Shown: piece after piece, positions 15,907 through 24,000 of the stretch
Position numbering within the stretch: the first letter of the stretch is position 1
Layout: every line of letters starts with the position of its first letter
Assembly: GCA_002011085.2 (NCBI GenBank)
Contig: MTMB02000001.1
Coordinates: forward strand, 1,067,627 to 1,091,626
DNA: 24,000 nucleotides
Source: Candidatus Geothermarchaeum rappei
GTDB lineage: Archaea > Thermoproteota > Nitrososphaeria > Geothermarchaeales > JDFR-13
Direction of reading: 5' to 3'
Translations under genes and position numbers: made by a program
The notes under the pieces: model-generated
The model's database searches: none
Told to the model about the DNA's origin: nothing
What the model saw: only the letters and a program-made list of their open reading frames with translations

Positions 15907-16666
15907 AACCGGCTTCCAGCAGGTCCCTAGCGTTGAATACAGGCCCGTCTCTACAAACCAGTAGACCTGTTCCCTCCAATATACAGGAGCCGCATATGCC
16001 TACCCCGCATTTGATATATCTCTCCATAGACACCTGACACTCCACTCCATGCTCTAAACATATCTCGATAAGCCGATTCAGCATCGGCTCAGGCCCACAG
16101 CCGAGGACAATATCATATCCATCGATATTCTTCTCGACATACTCTGTTACAAGCCCCTTATATCCCGAGGAGCCGTCTTCCGTCACCAGCATAGACTCCA
16201 TACCCAGTTTACCAGCCTCCTCAGTATATAGGCCATACTCTCTCGACTTGACTCCCTCGATATACATCGATTCAAACCCCTTTTTATGAAGGACATGCCC
16301 TGCAAAAATTATTGGAGCAGCTCCATACCCGCCTCCAACAAGGAGGTACCTAGCCCTCCTAGATAGGTCGAAACCGGTTCCATATGGCCCCCTTAGAAAA
16401 ACTGGTTCACCAACATCCATACTATGAATCTTTCTAGTCGTCGGCCCCCTCTCCCTTATGGTGAGGCGTATAACGCCATTGGCATGGTATGACGGGCTTA
16501 GAGGAATCTCCTCATAACCAGGTACCCATAGCATGATGAACTGCCCAGGTACTGTAACTGGTAGTTTATCTATGTTTATAACGAGGGATTTGAGGCCTGG
16601 GCCGTGGGTTACAACCTCATCTATAAATCCACGTACATATCTCAGGCTAGTCATCCCGATGGTCAT
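15884..16666 (-). CDS. pyrK: Dihydroorotate dehydrogenase electron-transfer subunit (FAD/[2Fe-2S])
   Basis: It has a ferredoxin-reductase-like fold and a C-terminal cluster motif, CGVGICGSC. ATG 16666-16664 forms an ATGA overlap with the pyrC stop at 16665-16663. The ORF-track extension to 16780 lies inside pyrC. Confidence 0.88.
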   Translation of the reverse strand: MTIGMTSLRYVRGFIDEVVTHGPGLKSLVINIDKLPVTVPGQFIMLWVPGYEEIPLSPSYHANGVIRLTIRERGPTTRKIHSMDVGEPVFLRGPYGTGFDLSRRARYLLVGGGYGAAPIIFAGHVLHKKGFESMYIEGVKSREYGLYTEEAGKLGMESMLVTEDGSSGYKGLVTEYVEKNIDGYDIVLGCGPEPMLNRLIEICLEHGVECQVSMERYIKCGVGICGSCILEGTGLLVCRDGPVFNARDLLEAGYEVGVDD

Positions 16667-17907
16667 CTCCATAGCCTCATAATGTTTTCTCCATAGCCCC
16701 GTGGCGCAGTAATCTCTCCATCCATGTATACTGGTACGCCCCTTACGAATGTGGCTACAACCTTTCCATGGACCTCCCATCCCTCGAATGGAGAGTGCTT
16801 CGCCTTTGAATGGAAGTTAGAGGGATCTATCTTATAGCTGGAGTCTAGATCAACGACCGTGAAATTAGCCAGTTTACCAGCTTCAATATCACCGAGGAGT
16901 TTATCGAAGCCTATGAGCTTAGCTGGACACCTTGAATATGCCTCCACTACTCTGTCAATGGTTAATACGCCTTTTTTACACAGGGTTAGGAGGATCGGTA
17001 GAGCCGTCTCGAGGCCGGGGAACCCTCCCCAAGGCGTCTCCCTAAGCTTCTCCTCAGCCTCATGAGGCGCGTGATCCGTTGTAAGAGCCTCCACATGTCC
17101 AGATGCAAAGTATCTCAGTAGATTCCTCCTCATATCCTCCGGCCTCAGGGGGGGATATACACGGTAATAGCTCCCTCTATACAGCTCGTTTGAGAGGGTT
17201 AGGTAGTGTGGACACGTATCCGATGATATTGATGGATCTATCTTCCTAGCAGCATCGATACTCTCTATATTCGAGACATGAGTTAGATGGGCTCTAAACC
17301 CATATTTAACACCTAGTCTAGCGATGTCTACAGCCGCCTTAACCTCGGCCTCAGGTGGTCTAAAACCGTTTTTGACGAAACCCGGGTCCTCCGGATGGAA
17401 TACCGTAAATATATCTTTCTCAGCGTTATACCGGAGTACGTTGGATAAGAGGTCTTCACCGGCCTCCAGATCCTCGGGGAAGAACTTCATGCCTATGGCG
17501 GTCTCCTCATAACCCTCCAACTCACTTGGGCTAGAGGGTACTCCATAGTATAGCCCGTAGTCGACTACCGAGTTTATAGAGGCTACACAGTCCCTATACC
17601 ACAGCATCCTAAGTGTGTTGACCCTAGGCTTTGTATTGGGCATGTCAACGACGACCGCCACACCCCCCGCTGCGGCGGCGGATGTACCTGTATAGAAGTC
17701 TTCTTTATAGCTGTAGTCGAAGTCCCTCATATGGACGTGGATATCCACCATCCCAGGGAGTATCAGTAGACCCTTGCCAGTATAGTCATAGACTTCGTCA
17801 CCAGATATACTGTGGTTCAGGCGGATGTCCCTGATGAAGCCGTCTTCAACATGGATCGATACCTCCTTCACACCCTCCTTTAGATAGGCTTTACCCCTTA
17901 TGATCAC
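16663..17907 (-). CDS. pyrC: Dihydroorotase
   Basis: 414 aa of the amidohydrolase superfamily. It has the PGMVDIHVHMRD metal motif, DMPNTKP, and a later HxxxH/D pattern (TTDHAPH). It sits within the pyr operon. Confidence 0.9.
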   Translation of the reverse strand: MIIRGKAYLKEGVKEVSIHVEDGFIRDIRLNHSISGDEVYDYTGKGLLILPGMVDIHVHMRDFDYSYKEDFYTGTSAAAAGGVAVVVDMPNTKPRVNTLRMLWYRDCVASINSVVDYGLYYGVPSSPSELEGYEETAIGMKFFPEDLEAGEDLLSNVLRYNAEKDIFTVFHPEDPGFVKNGFRPPEAEVKAAVDIARLGVKYGFRAHLTHVSNIESIDAARKIDPSISSDTCPHYLTLSNELYRGSYYRVYPPLRPEDMRRNLLRYFASGHVEALTTDHAPHEAEEKLRETPWGGFPGLETALPILLTLCKKGVLTIDRVVEAYSRCPAKLIGFDKLLGDIEAGKLANFTVVDLDSSYKIDPSNFHSKAKHSPFEGWEVHGKVVATFVRGVPVYMDGEITAPRGYGENIMRLWR

Positions 17908-17913
17908 TTCAGG

Positions 17914-18396
17914 CTAGACCCCCATGTGGGAGATAAACTGCTTGACAATCTCCTCTCTACTTGTATAGCGCTCGCAGTATATGCATTCCAGTGTCAGAGG
18001 CTCCTTAGAGACCACCCTGAACTTGGGCTTCGCCGTCTCACGCCCCTGGTTAGAGATGCAGCTTGGATTTGAACATCTTATGATGCCCTCTATATAGTCG
18101 GGGACAGAGACCTTCTCCTTCCTATAGACCTCATAGTCCCTGATGATGTTTATCGTCGCCGTAGGCGCGATCAAGGCGATTATATTCAGCTCATCCATCG
18201 TCAGCTCCCTACCCTCTATCTTAACAATATCCTTCCTACCGAGTTTAGAGCTCTCGGTATTCATTATAATCGCTAGGCGAATACCTTCATCACCGTTTAT
18301 CCCCAGTATCCTGACGACGTTCAACGCGTTTCCAGCTGGTATATGGTCTATGACAGTCCCAAACCTTATCTTCCTAACAAGTAGCCCCTCACCCAT
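17914..18396 (-). CDS. pyrI: Aspartate carbamoyltransferase regulatory subunit
   Basis: 160 aa with the N-terminal allosteric-domain pattern VIDHIPAG. The C-terminal zinc domain has four Cys (CSNPSC...CIYC). It lies immediately downstream of pyrB. Confidence 0.9.
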   Translation of the reverse strand: MGEGLLVRKIRFGTVIDHIPAGNALNVVRILGINGDEGIRLAIIMNTESSKLGRKDIVKIEGRELTMDELNIIALIAPTATINIIRDYEVYRKEKVSVPDYIEGIIRCSNPSCISNQGRETAKPKFRVVSKEPLTLECIYCERYTSREEIVKQFISHMGV

Positions 18397-18398
18397 AT

Positions 18399-19322
18399 CT
18401 AATCACCTAATAAGATTAGTTTGAGAAGAGCCATCCTAACGGGGATGGCGTTCCTAGCCTCCTCAAAATAATATGCGTATCTCGTCTCATCCACCTCTGG
18501 CGATATCTCATCCACCCTCGGAAGCGGGTGGAGGATCATCAGATCATCCTTGACGCCGGTTAATAGAGACCTGTTTATCTGATAACTACCCTTGACCCTC
18601 TCATACTCAGCTAGGTCAGGGAACCTCTCCTTCTGAATCCTAGTCACATACAATACATCCAGCTCCTTTATCACGTTTGTTAAGTCAGTTGTCTCCACAT
18701 AGTTGATGTTCATCTCACCCAGCTTATCCCTGACCTCGGGCTTGACCTGTAGCTCGGGCGGCGAGATTAAATATAGTGTCTCGGGCTTGAAGAGTGAGGC
18801 GCCGAATATGAATGATGTGGATGCCCTACCATACTTCAAGTCGCCTAATACACCTATCTTCAACCCCCCTATCCTCCCCCTAGCCTTCCAGATCGTGTAT
18901 AGGTCGAGCATGGCCTGGGTAGGATGGTGATGCGAGCCGTCTCCAGCGTTTATAACCGGGGCCTCAGCGATCTCAGCGGCGTATTTAGCTGCCCCCTCTA
19001 TCTTATGCCTAATGACGATTGCATTTGCATACCCGTCCATCATCCTGATAGTGTCTCCAAGGGTCTCGCCCTTGGCTATCGAGGTACGCTCAACACCAGA
19101 GAAGACGAGGCATTTACCCCCAAGCCTATACATCGCGGTCTGGAAGCTGAACATCGTCCTCGTACTGGGCTCGAAGAATAACAGTGCCAGGATACGGTCT
19201 CTAAGCAGGTCGACACCGGTCTTGACATATGCCTCCATCTCACTCGCAACCCTAAATATCTTCATGAGATCCTCCGAGGTGAAATCCAATATAGATATTA
19301 CATCACGACCCTTAAACATCAT
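18399..19322 (-). CDS. pyrB: Aspartate carbamoyltransferase catalytic subunit
   Basis: Signature motifs are FFEPSTRT(M), HPTQ and HPLPR. Length is 307 aa. It has a 4-nt overlap with pyrE. Confidence 0.93.
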   Translation of the reverse strand: MMFKGRDVISILDFTSEDLMKIFRVASEMEAYVKTGVDLLRDRILALLFFEPSTRTMFSFQTAMYRLGGKCLVFSGVERTSIAKGETLGDTIRMMDGYANAIVIRHKIEGAAKYAAEIAEAPVINAGDGSHHHPTQAMLDLYTIWKARGRIGGLKIGVLGDLKYGRASTSFIFGASLFKPETLYLISPPELQVKPEVRDKLGEMNINYVETTDLTNVIKELDVLYVTRIQKERFPDLAEYERVKGSYQINRSLLTGVKDDLMILHPLPRVDEISPEVDETRYAYYFEEARNAIPVRMALLKLILLGD

Positions 19323-19924
19323 GTATCACCTATATACTCCATAACAACAGCATATCTATCGTCCTCCAGCAATCCACTGGAGTGGAGTGCTTCAACCACA
19401 TCCTTAATCCAATATATGGGGAGGAGCTCCACACCCGCCTCAGCCAGGTTCTCCACAGCCCCCTGCATCCTATCTATAAATGTAACGGCGTACTCCACCA
19501 CCCCTCCAATCGACCTAATTGCCTCAACAGCATGTAATATGCTTCCCCCAGTGGTGGTCACATCCTCTAATATGACTACCCTGGTCCCGGGGTTGAGAGA
19601 GCCCTCGATAACCTTGCCGGCGCCAGCCTCCTTACGCTTCTTACGTACATAGATCATCGGGTAATCCAAGATGTATGAGACGACTGAAGCCACTGGTATA
19701 CTCCCCGTCTCTATGCCTGATATCACATCGAAGCCCTCAACCATGTCCAATGCCGCTATGTAGTGTGAGACCACTCTCTTGAAGAGCCTTGGGCGTGAGA
19801 TAACCTTACGGAGATCGATGTAGTATGGGCTCCAAGCCCCTGATGTAAGCCTGAAGTCTCCAAAGAGTATGATGCCCTCCCTATACAGGGCTTCAATAAG
19901 CATCTTATCGAATCTCACCGTCAT
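19319..19924 (-). CDS. pyrE: Orotate phosphoribosyltransferase
   Basis: It has the PRPP-binding motif VVILEDVTTTGGS. Length is 201 aa, and it sits within the pyr operon. Confidence 0.9.
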   Translation of the reverse strand: MTVRFDKMLIEALYREGIILFGDFRLTSGAWSPYYIDLRKVISRPRLFKRVVSHYIAALDMVEGFDVISGIETGSIPVASVVSYILDYPMIYVRKKRKEAGAGKVIEGSLNPGTRVVILEDVTTTGGSILHAVEAIRSIGGVVEYAVTFIDRMQGAVENLAEAGVELLPIYWIKDVVEALHSSGLLEDDRYAVVMEYIGDT

Positions 19925-19925
19925 A

Positions 19926-20663
19926 TCACCACCTCAGCCTCTCCAAAAACCATTTAGCAGCCTTAACCGGGTCACCCGATTTATAAATACCTCGCCCAAT
20001 AATCTCGAAATCAGCTCCCATTGAGACGGCTGAACCGGGTTCAGCGCCTTGAGCACCTACTCCAGGAGAGAGTATGAGGCCTTTAAAACCCCTCTCCCTA
20101 ACTATCTCAATATACCTTGGCATTGTAGCAGGGAGTATAAAGCCGTCTACACCAGCCTCCAACGATATCCTCAGGTTATCCTCAAAACACTTGTTGAGAA
20201 CCTCCTCACCACCTGGGTGGGACATGGCCACGACAGATAATATACCTAATCCGTTTTCACGTGCCGTGGAGACAGCCTCGTCAAGCGCCTTCTCCCTACC
20301 TATAACCGAGTGGCTTATCACAGCGTCGAAGCCGATGTCAGCCATATGCTGGATGATAAGCCTGTTTATATGGCCTACATCCGCCAGCTTAAGGTCGGCT
20401 ATGAAGAAGAAGCCCCAGTCATATTCATTGATAAGCCTATATAGAGACTCCTCACCGAGTGTGAGGATCGTGGGCCACCCTATCTTAACCCCTGCAATCA
20501 GATTTCTGAGACTATTTAGGAGTGAGACTATCTTCATGAATAGACTGTGTTGACAGCCTTCTAGAAGCCTACAATGTAGATCGAGAGCGAGGACAATACG
20601 AGAATCAGCTTGGGACCCCCTATCCAACGCCTTTTCAATGAAGCCTACCAAGGAAGCCCACAT
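19926..20663 (-). CDS. pyrF: Orotidine 5'-phosphate decarboxylase
   Basis: It has VLALDL, and a D-x-K-x-x-D motif in FIADLKLADVGH. It is the first gene of the pyr operon. Confidence 0.85.
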   Translation of the reverse strand: MWASLVGFIEKALDRGSQADSRIVLALDLHCRLLEGCQHSLFMKIVSLLNSLRNLIAGVKIGWPTILTLGEESLYRLINEYDWGFFFIADLKLADVGHINRLIIQHMADIGFDAVISHSVIGREKALDEAVSTARENGLGILSVVAMSHPGGEEVLNKCFEDNLRISLEAGVDGFILPATMPRYIEIVRERGFKGLILSPGVGAQGAEPGSAVSMGADFEIIGRGIYKSGDPVKAAKWFLERLRW

Positions 20664-20682
20664 TATACAATGCGAAAAAACC

Positions 20683-20690
20683 TTTTATAA
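20683..20690 (-). promoter_or_regulatory. TATA box of the pyrF-pyrD operon (probably a leaderless transcript)
   Basis: TTATAAAA on the minus strand is centred about 23 nt upstream of the pyrF ATG (20663), and purine-rich BRE-like sequence lies upstream of it. Confidence 0.5.
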
Positions 20691-20712
20691 GCTTTCAACA
20701 CATGGAGATGAT

Positions 20713-20755
20713 AAAAACAGTGGGTTTAGAGACTGGAAAAGCATCTCTCCAGTCT
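20713..20755 (-). terminator. Candidate terminator of the GT2 gene: 8-bp hairpin plus T5
   Basis: AGACTGGA (20730-20737) pairs with TCCAGTCT (20748-20755) across a 10-nt loop. On the minus strand this is followed, after 12 nt, by TTTTT (complement of 20713-20717). Confidence 0.3.
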
Positions 20756-20784
20756 ATGATGTATGTTATTATGGACAAATACTC

Positions 20785-21528
20785 CTAATCTAGAGAACCC
20801 TTTAGATATCCATAGAGTACAAATGGTCGTAGACGTATTATGGAGTGGCCCAGTACTCTCCAGAACGGCATATTAACCTGCCTACGATATACACCACTTC
20901 TTTTTTGGGATCTAATTGCTTTTCTAAATGAAAATCGCCTAATATGGAGGCAAGAGATCTTATCAACAAATTTCACTTCATATCCTAAGCTACGTAGATC
21001 TCTATCCAATTGTGAGTCAACAACCAAGGCATCTTTATATCCACCAACTTCATCTAACGCTCTTCTCAGTATTAGGCGACAGGCTCCACGCGGTTCCCTG
21101 CCCAGAGGACTGAAGTTATATGTCTTCTCCCAATAATGATATAGGAGATTCATAAATGAAACCGATTTATCCGTAATCACCTTTGCACTTACACTAACGA
21201 TGTTTCCTTTTAGTTCTGGGAGTAGAACCTCCAATATATTTGGGGGAACAACAATATCTGCTTCTACGATCCAAATAACATCACCACTAGAGGCTTTATA
21301 ACCCATCTGGACGTTCTCAGCTAGACTATTCCTCCATTTAGCCTCGTGTTTATGGATTATCTTACCCTCTGGGAATATCTCCCTGATAATCTCCTCCGAA
21401 CGATCCGTACATCTATCTAGTATAAATATGAATTCATCAACCTTAGTATTCAGATTCCTTAGGGATGACAATGATCTTGGGAGATACTCCTCCTCATTAT
21501 GGACCGGCATTATTGCACTTATCTTCAT
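20785..21528 (-). CDS. Family 2 glycosyltransferase
   Basis: The N-terminal ISAIMPVHNEEEYLPRSLSSL is a GT-A fold opening. It has a DxD-like motif (VEADIV). Length is 247 aa. Confidence 0.8.
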   Translation of the reverse strand: MKISAIMPVHNEEEYLPRSLSSLRNLNTKVDEFIFILDRCTDRSEEIIREIFPEGKIIHKHEAKWRNSLAENVQMGYKASSGDVIWIVEADIVVPPNILEVLLPELKGNIVSVSAKVITDKSVSFMNLLYHYWEKTYNFSPLGREPRGACRLILRRALDEVGGYKDALVVDSQLDRDLRSLGYEVKFVDKISCLHIRRFSFRKAIRSQKRSGVYRRQVNMPFWRVLGHSIIRLRPFVLYGYLKGSLD

Positions 21529-21688
21529 CCCGGAACTCCTCCAATCATATTAAGCATTTGGCTAATAACCTATAAAGTTATAGTATTGTAACCATCAGCA
21601 CACGATAAAAACGCCATATAATATACGAATATTTTTATATGGGTTTTTGCATGTAATATTTAGTTTACTACTCTGGAGTAGATAAATT

Positions 21689-22951
21689 ATGAACAAGGCG
21701 GTAATAGTCGGATTGGACGGGGTTCCATACGGCCTATTAAAAGAGCTTATCGAAGAAGATATTATGCCTAACTTGAAAGACGTGTTGTCAGAAGGGGTTT
21801 TTACTCGGATGCAGTCTTCAATACCATGTGTATCATCAGTCTCATGGAGTAGTATAATCACTGGGAGGAACCCAGGGGAACACGGGGTATATGGATTCAC
21901 TGATATCATACCGGGAACCTATTCAGTGAGTTATCATAGCATAAAAAAACTTAGGGCTAAACCGTTTTGGATTATGGATCATGGTAAGAGATATGTTATA
22001 CTAAATGTACCATCTACATTCCCTGCTCAAGAGATTAATGGTGTCATGGTAACAGGATTCGTATCACCAGACATTAAGAGGTCGGTGTATCCACCGGAGT
22101 ATCTAGGCATTCTTGAGGAGATAGATTACAGGATAGATGTGGATATCAGCCTCATAGATAAATCTAGACACGCGTTTATGGATGATTTATTCCAGTCCCT
22201 CGCAAACCGTGTGAGACTGTATAGGTACCTATGGGAGAAGGTTAAGTGGGATATATTCATGCTGGTGGTGACTGGTACAGATAGGCTAGGACACTATTTC
22301 TGGGATGCATATGAACATAGAGGAAACCCTTTCCATAACGCATTCCTACAGTTCTTCAAGGCCGTTGACCACTTAATAGGGGAGATATATGGAAAGATAA
22401 ACACGGATACACAACTTATAGTACTATCTGATCATGGAATGGAGTTGAAGCACATCAATGTATATTTAAATGCCTTCCTGAAGAGGGAGGGATTCCTCTA
22501 TATCGACGGTGATAGAAGGGGGCTCAGCGGTATCACAAAAAAGACCCAAGCCTTCGCCCTCGACCCTAACAGAATATATATAAACATAGAGGGAAGATAT
22601 CCCCGGGGTAGTGTTAAGCAAAGTGAGAGGGAGAGGGTGGTGGAGGACCTGATAACCGCCTTTAGAGACTTAGCTTATAACGGTAATAAGGTTATTCGAG
22701 AGATATATAGGAGGGAGGAGGTTTATCACGGAAATTATCTGGATCATGCTCCTGATTTACTCCTGATACCAAATAGCGGCTTCAACCTCATGGCGAGACC
22801 CGAAGGAGAAAAGGTATTTGGAGTGGATAACTTAACTGGGATGCATAATCCAGAGGCATTTATCTACACTAATCAAGATATCGAGTTGGATAATCCATCT
22901 GTAGAAGATGTGTTGAAGATTATGGGGTGGAAATATGAATACGTATCATAA
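21689..22951 (+). CDS. Alkaline-phosphatase-superfamily protein, type I phosphodiesterase/nucleotide pyrophosphatase-like (uncharacterised archaeal group); paralog 2
   Basis: 420 aa with VGLDGVP, SSIPCVSSVSWSSIITG (candidate Ser/Thr nucleophile region), TGTDRLGHYFWD and LSDHGM. It has the same block order as 10843-12327. Its 3' end overlaps the ATG at 22935 by 17 nt. Confidence 0.78.
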   Translation: MNKAVIVGLDGVPYGLLKELIEEDIMPNLKDVLSEGVFTRMQSSIPCVSSVSWSSIITGRNPGEHGVYGFTDIIPGTYSVSYHSIKKLRAKPFWIMDHGKRYVILNVPSTFPAQEINGVMVTGFVSPDIKRSVYPPEYLGILEEIDYRIDVDISLIDKSRHAFMDDLFQSLANRVRLYRYLWEKVKWDIFMLVVTGTDRLGHYFWDAYEHRGNPFHNAFLQFFKAVDHLIGEIYGKINTDTQLIVLSDHGMELKHINVYLNAFLKREGFLYIDGDRRGLSGITKKTQAFALDPNRIYINIEGRYPRGSVKQSERERVVEDLITAFRDLAYNGNKVIREIYRREEVYHGNYLDHAPDLLLIPNSGFNLMARPEGEKVFGVDNLTGMHNPEAFIYTNQDIELDNPSVEDVLKIMGWKYEYVS

Positions 22952-23171
22952 CGATAGGCTAACCTGCTGGAATTGCCCATCAGCTATACTAAGAGGGAAT
23001 GTAGATTTCAGGGCATGTGGACAGTCGATGCGTAGATTCACATCCATGGAGGGAGGAGACGTGGTTATTGAATGCGAGCGTAGACCCGAACTTGGTCACT
23101 TCGAGCCGACAATCAATTTCAGCGAGTGCCCACAGTGGAAACCGACTAAATACGGGAGGCTATTAGACAAT
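22935..23171 (+). CDS. In-frame, stop-free 79-codon Cys-containing segment upstream of the sulfoquinovose synthase core (possible N-terminal extension)
   Basis: I translated it codon by codon: MNTYHNDRLTCWNCPSAILRGNVDFRACGQSMRRFTSMEGGDVVIECERRPELGHFEPTINFSECPQWKPTKYGRLLDN. It is in the same frame as ATG 23172 with no stop. ATG 22935 is preceded by GGGGTGG and overlaps the upstream gene. Confidence 0.45.
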
Positions 23172-24000
23172 ATGAGGGTATTGATACTAGGTATAGACGG
23201 ATATCTAGGGTGGACCCTCGCCCTTAAACTAGGTGCATTAGGCTTTGAGGTCAGTGGTGTAGATAACTTTCTAAGAAGGAGGATGGTCAGAGAAAAAGGC
23301 TCTATGAGTGTAGTCCCAATTGCAAGTATGGAGGAGAGAATTAAAGCTGCGAAGAAATACCTGGATATAGATATTAATTTTAGGAAGATCGATGTATTGA
23401 ATAGGGATAAGCTGGCTGATTTCCTGAAGGAAGTTAAGCCCGAGGTCATTGTCCATTATGCAGAGGTGCCGAGCGCACCATATAGTATGGTGGATGCTGA
23501 CCACGCCATATTCGTCCAGAAGAATAACGTCCTCGGGACACTTGGACTCCTCTTCCTCATGAGGGATATCGTGCCAGAAGCCACATTGATAAAACTCGGG
23601 ACAATGGGGGAGTATGGCGCTCCATTAACTGGACGACCACTATTCGAGGGCTTCTTCCCAGCCGATGCAGTCCTATTATGGAATGGTAGGGAGTGGAGCC
23701 TGGGTGGGGAGATGACCCCCAGAGATCCCGTGAGCTTCTACCATGTAAGTAAGGTTCAAGATACATTCAACGTATATGAGGCGTGTAAATATTGGTGGCT
23801 TAGATCCTATGATGTAATGCAGGGAGTCATATACGGCGTTCATACAGATGAGCTTGCAACGGACGACAAGCTAAGGACTAGGTTTGATGTGGACGAGTGG
23901 TTTGGGACAGTGGTAAACAGGTTTGTTGCGCAGGCTATACTAGGTATACCCCTCACACTATACGGAGAAGGTGAACAGATACGTGGATTTATAGCGCTTG
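23172..24000 (+). CDS. agl3: UDP-sulfoquinovose synthase (SQD1/SqdB/Agl3 family, SDR fold), 3'-truncated by the window edge
   Basis: It is absent from the ORF track because no stop lies in the window. Translation is MRVLILGIDGYLGW...VDNFLRRR...VPIAS..ERI...VHYAE.PSAPYSM.D......NNVLGTL.LLF.....LIKLGTMGEYG.P....SFYHVSKV.D......C..W......QGV.YGV.TDE......R.D.D..FGT..NRF..QA..G.PLT.YG.G.Q.RG. This is collinear with plant SQD1 (GGDGYCGW, VDNLVRR, TPIAS, SAPYSM, KLGTMGEYGTP, SFYHLSK, QGVVYGV, FGTALNRF, PLTVYGKGGQTRG). Confidence 0.92.
   Translation, partial: MRVLILGIDGYLGWTLALKLGALGFEVSGVDNFLRRRMVREKGSMSVVPIASMEERIKAAKKYLDIDINFRKIDVLNRDKLADFLKEVKPEVIVHYAEVPSAPYSMVDADHAIFVQKNNVLGTLGLLFLMRDIVPEATLIKLGTMGEYGAPLTGRPLFEGFFPADAVLLWNGREWSLGGEMTPRDPVSFYHVSKVQDTFNVYEACKYWWLRSYDVMQGVIYGVHTDELATDDKLRTRFDVDEWFGTVVNRFVAQAILGIPLTLYGEGEQIRGFIAL

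Noticed and set aside
21668-21681. A palindrome CTACTC-TG-GAGTAG lies between the TATA-like region and the ATG of AP-family paralog 2.
   Set aside because: Many 6-bp inverted repeats are expected by chance in 24 kb, and no second copy or related site was seen elsewhere in the window.
23096-23766. Three minus-strand ORFs (23096-23449, 23271-23504, 23557-23766) are the only track entries in the last 1 kb.
   Set aside because: They are antisense to an unmistakable plus-strand UDP-sulfoquinovose synthase reading frame. The track omits that frame only because its stop lies beyond the window.
1-24000. I looked for CRISPR arrays, rRNA genes, IS elements or transposases, integrases and classic defence-system genes.
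   Set aside because: I found no regularly spaced repeats, no rRNA-like sequence, no DDE or tyrosine-recombinase motifs, and no nuclease/ATPase/methylase defence architecture. Apart from 8250-9400 the window is housekeeping.

Overview
The window looks like archaeal chromosome, most likely from a hyperthermophilic crenarchaeon of the Thermoproteales type. This is inferred from a fructose-1,6-bisphosphate aldolase/phosphatase, a histone-fold gene, a tRNA with a bulge-helix-bulge intron at a non-canonical position, TATA boxes about 23 nt upstream of start codons, and frequent ATGA stop/start overlaps. No organism assignment can be verified from here. Most of the window is tightly packed core metabolism. 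From left to right:
- a GNAT-like gene overlapping an OSBS/NSAR-type enolase
- FBP aldolase/phosphatase
- a three-gene NMT1/SsuA-type ABC importer, next to a UbiA prenyltransferase and a UbiD decarboxylase
- a short AT-rich accessory patch with a RelE/RHH toxin-antitoxin pair, bracketed by a duplicated tRNA-Glu 3' half
- an intron-containing tRNA-Glu(UUC), a histone and TatD
- a long unexplained intergenic region between convergent genes
- an alkaline-phosphatase-superfamily enzyme, a flavin-reductase-like protein, a DHH phosphoesterase and a Nudix hydrolase
- a collinear seven-gene pyrimidine operon (pyrF-E-B-I-C-K-D)
- a glycosylation cluster: GT2, a second AP-superfamily paralog, and a UDP-sulfoquinovose synthase that runs off the right edge and is therefore missing from the ORF track.

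I see no CRISPR array, rRNA, transposase, integrase or recognisable defence island, and no compelling multi-gene novel system. The items most worth a second look are:
- the tRNA-half direct repeat enclosing only a TA cassette
- the stop-free Cys-containing in-frame extension upstream of the sulfoquinovose synthase, which overlaps the AP-family gene
- the recurrent uncharacterised AP-superfamily paralogs
- the 386-bp convergent intergenic region, with a weak C/D-box-like pattern
- the GNAT/NSAR-like gene pair.

Several ORF-track starts appear over-extended, and corrected starts are given in the features.
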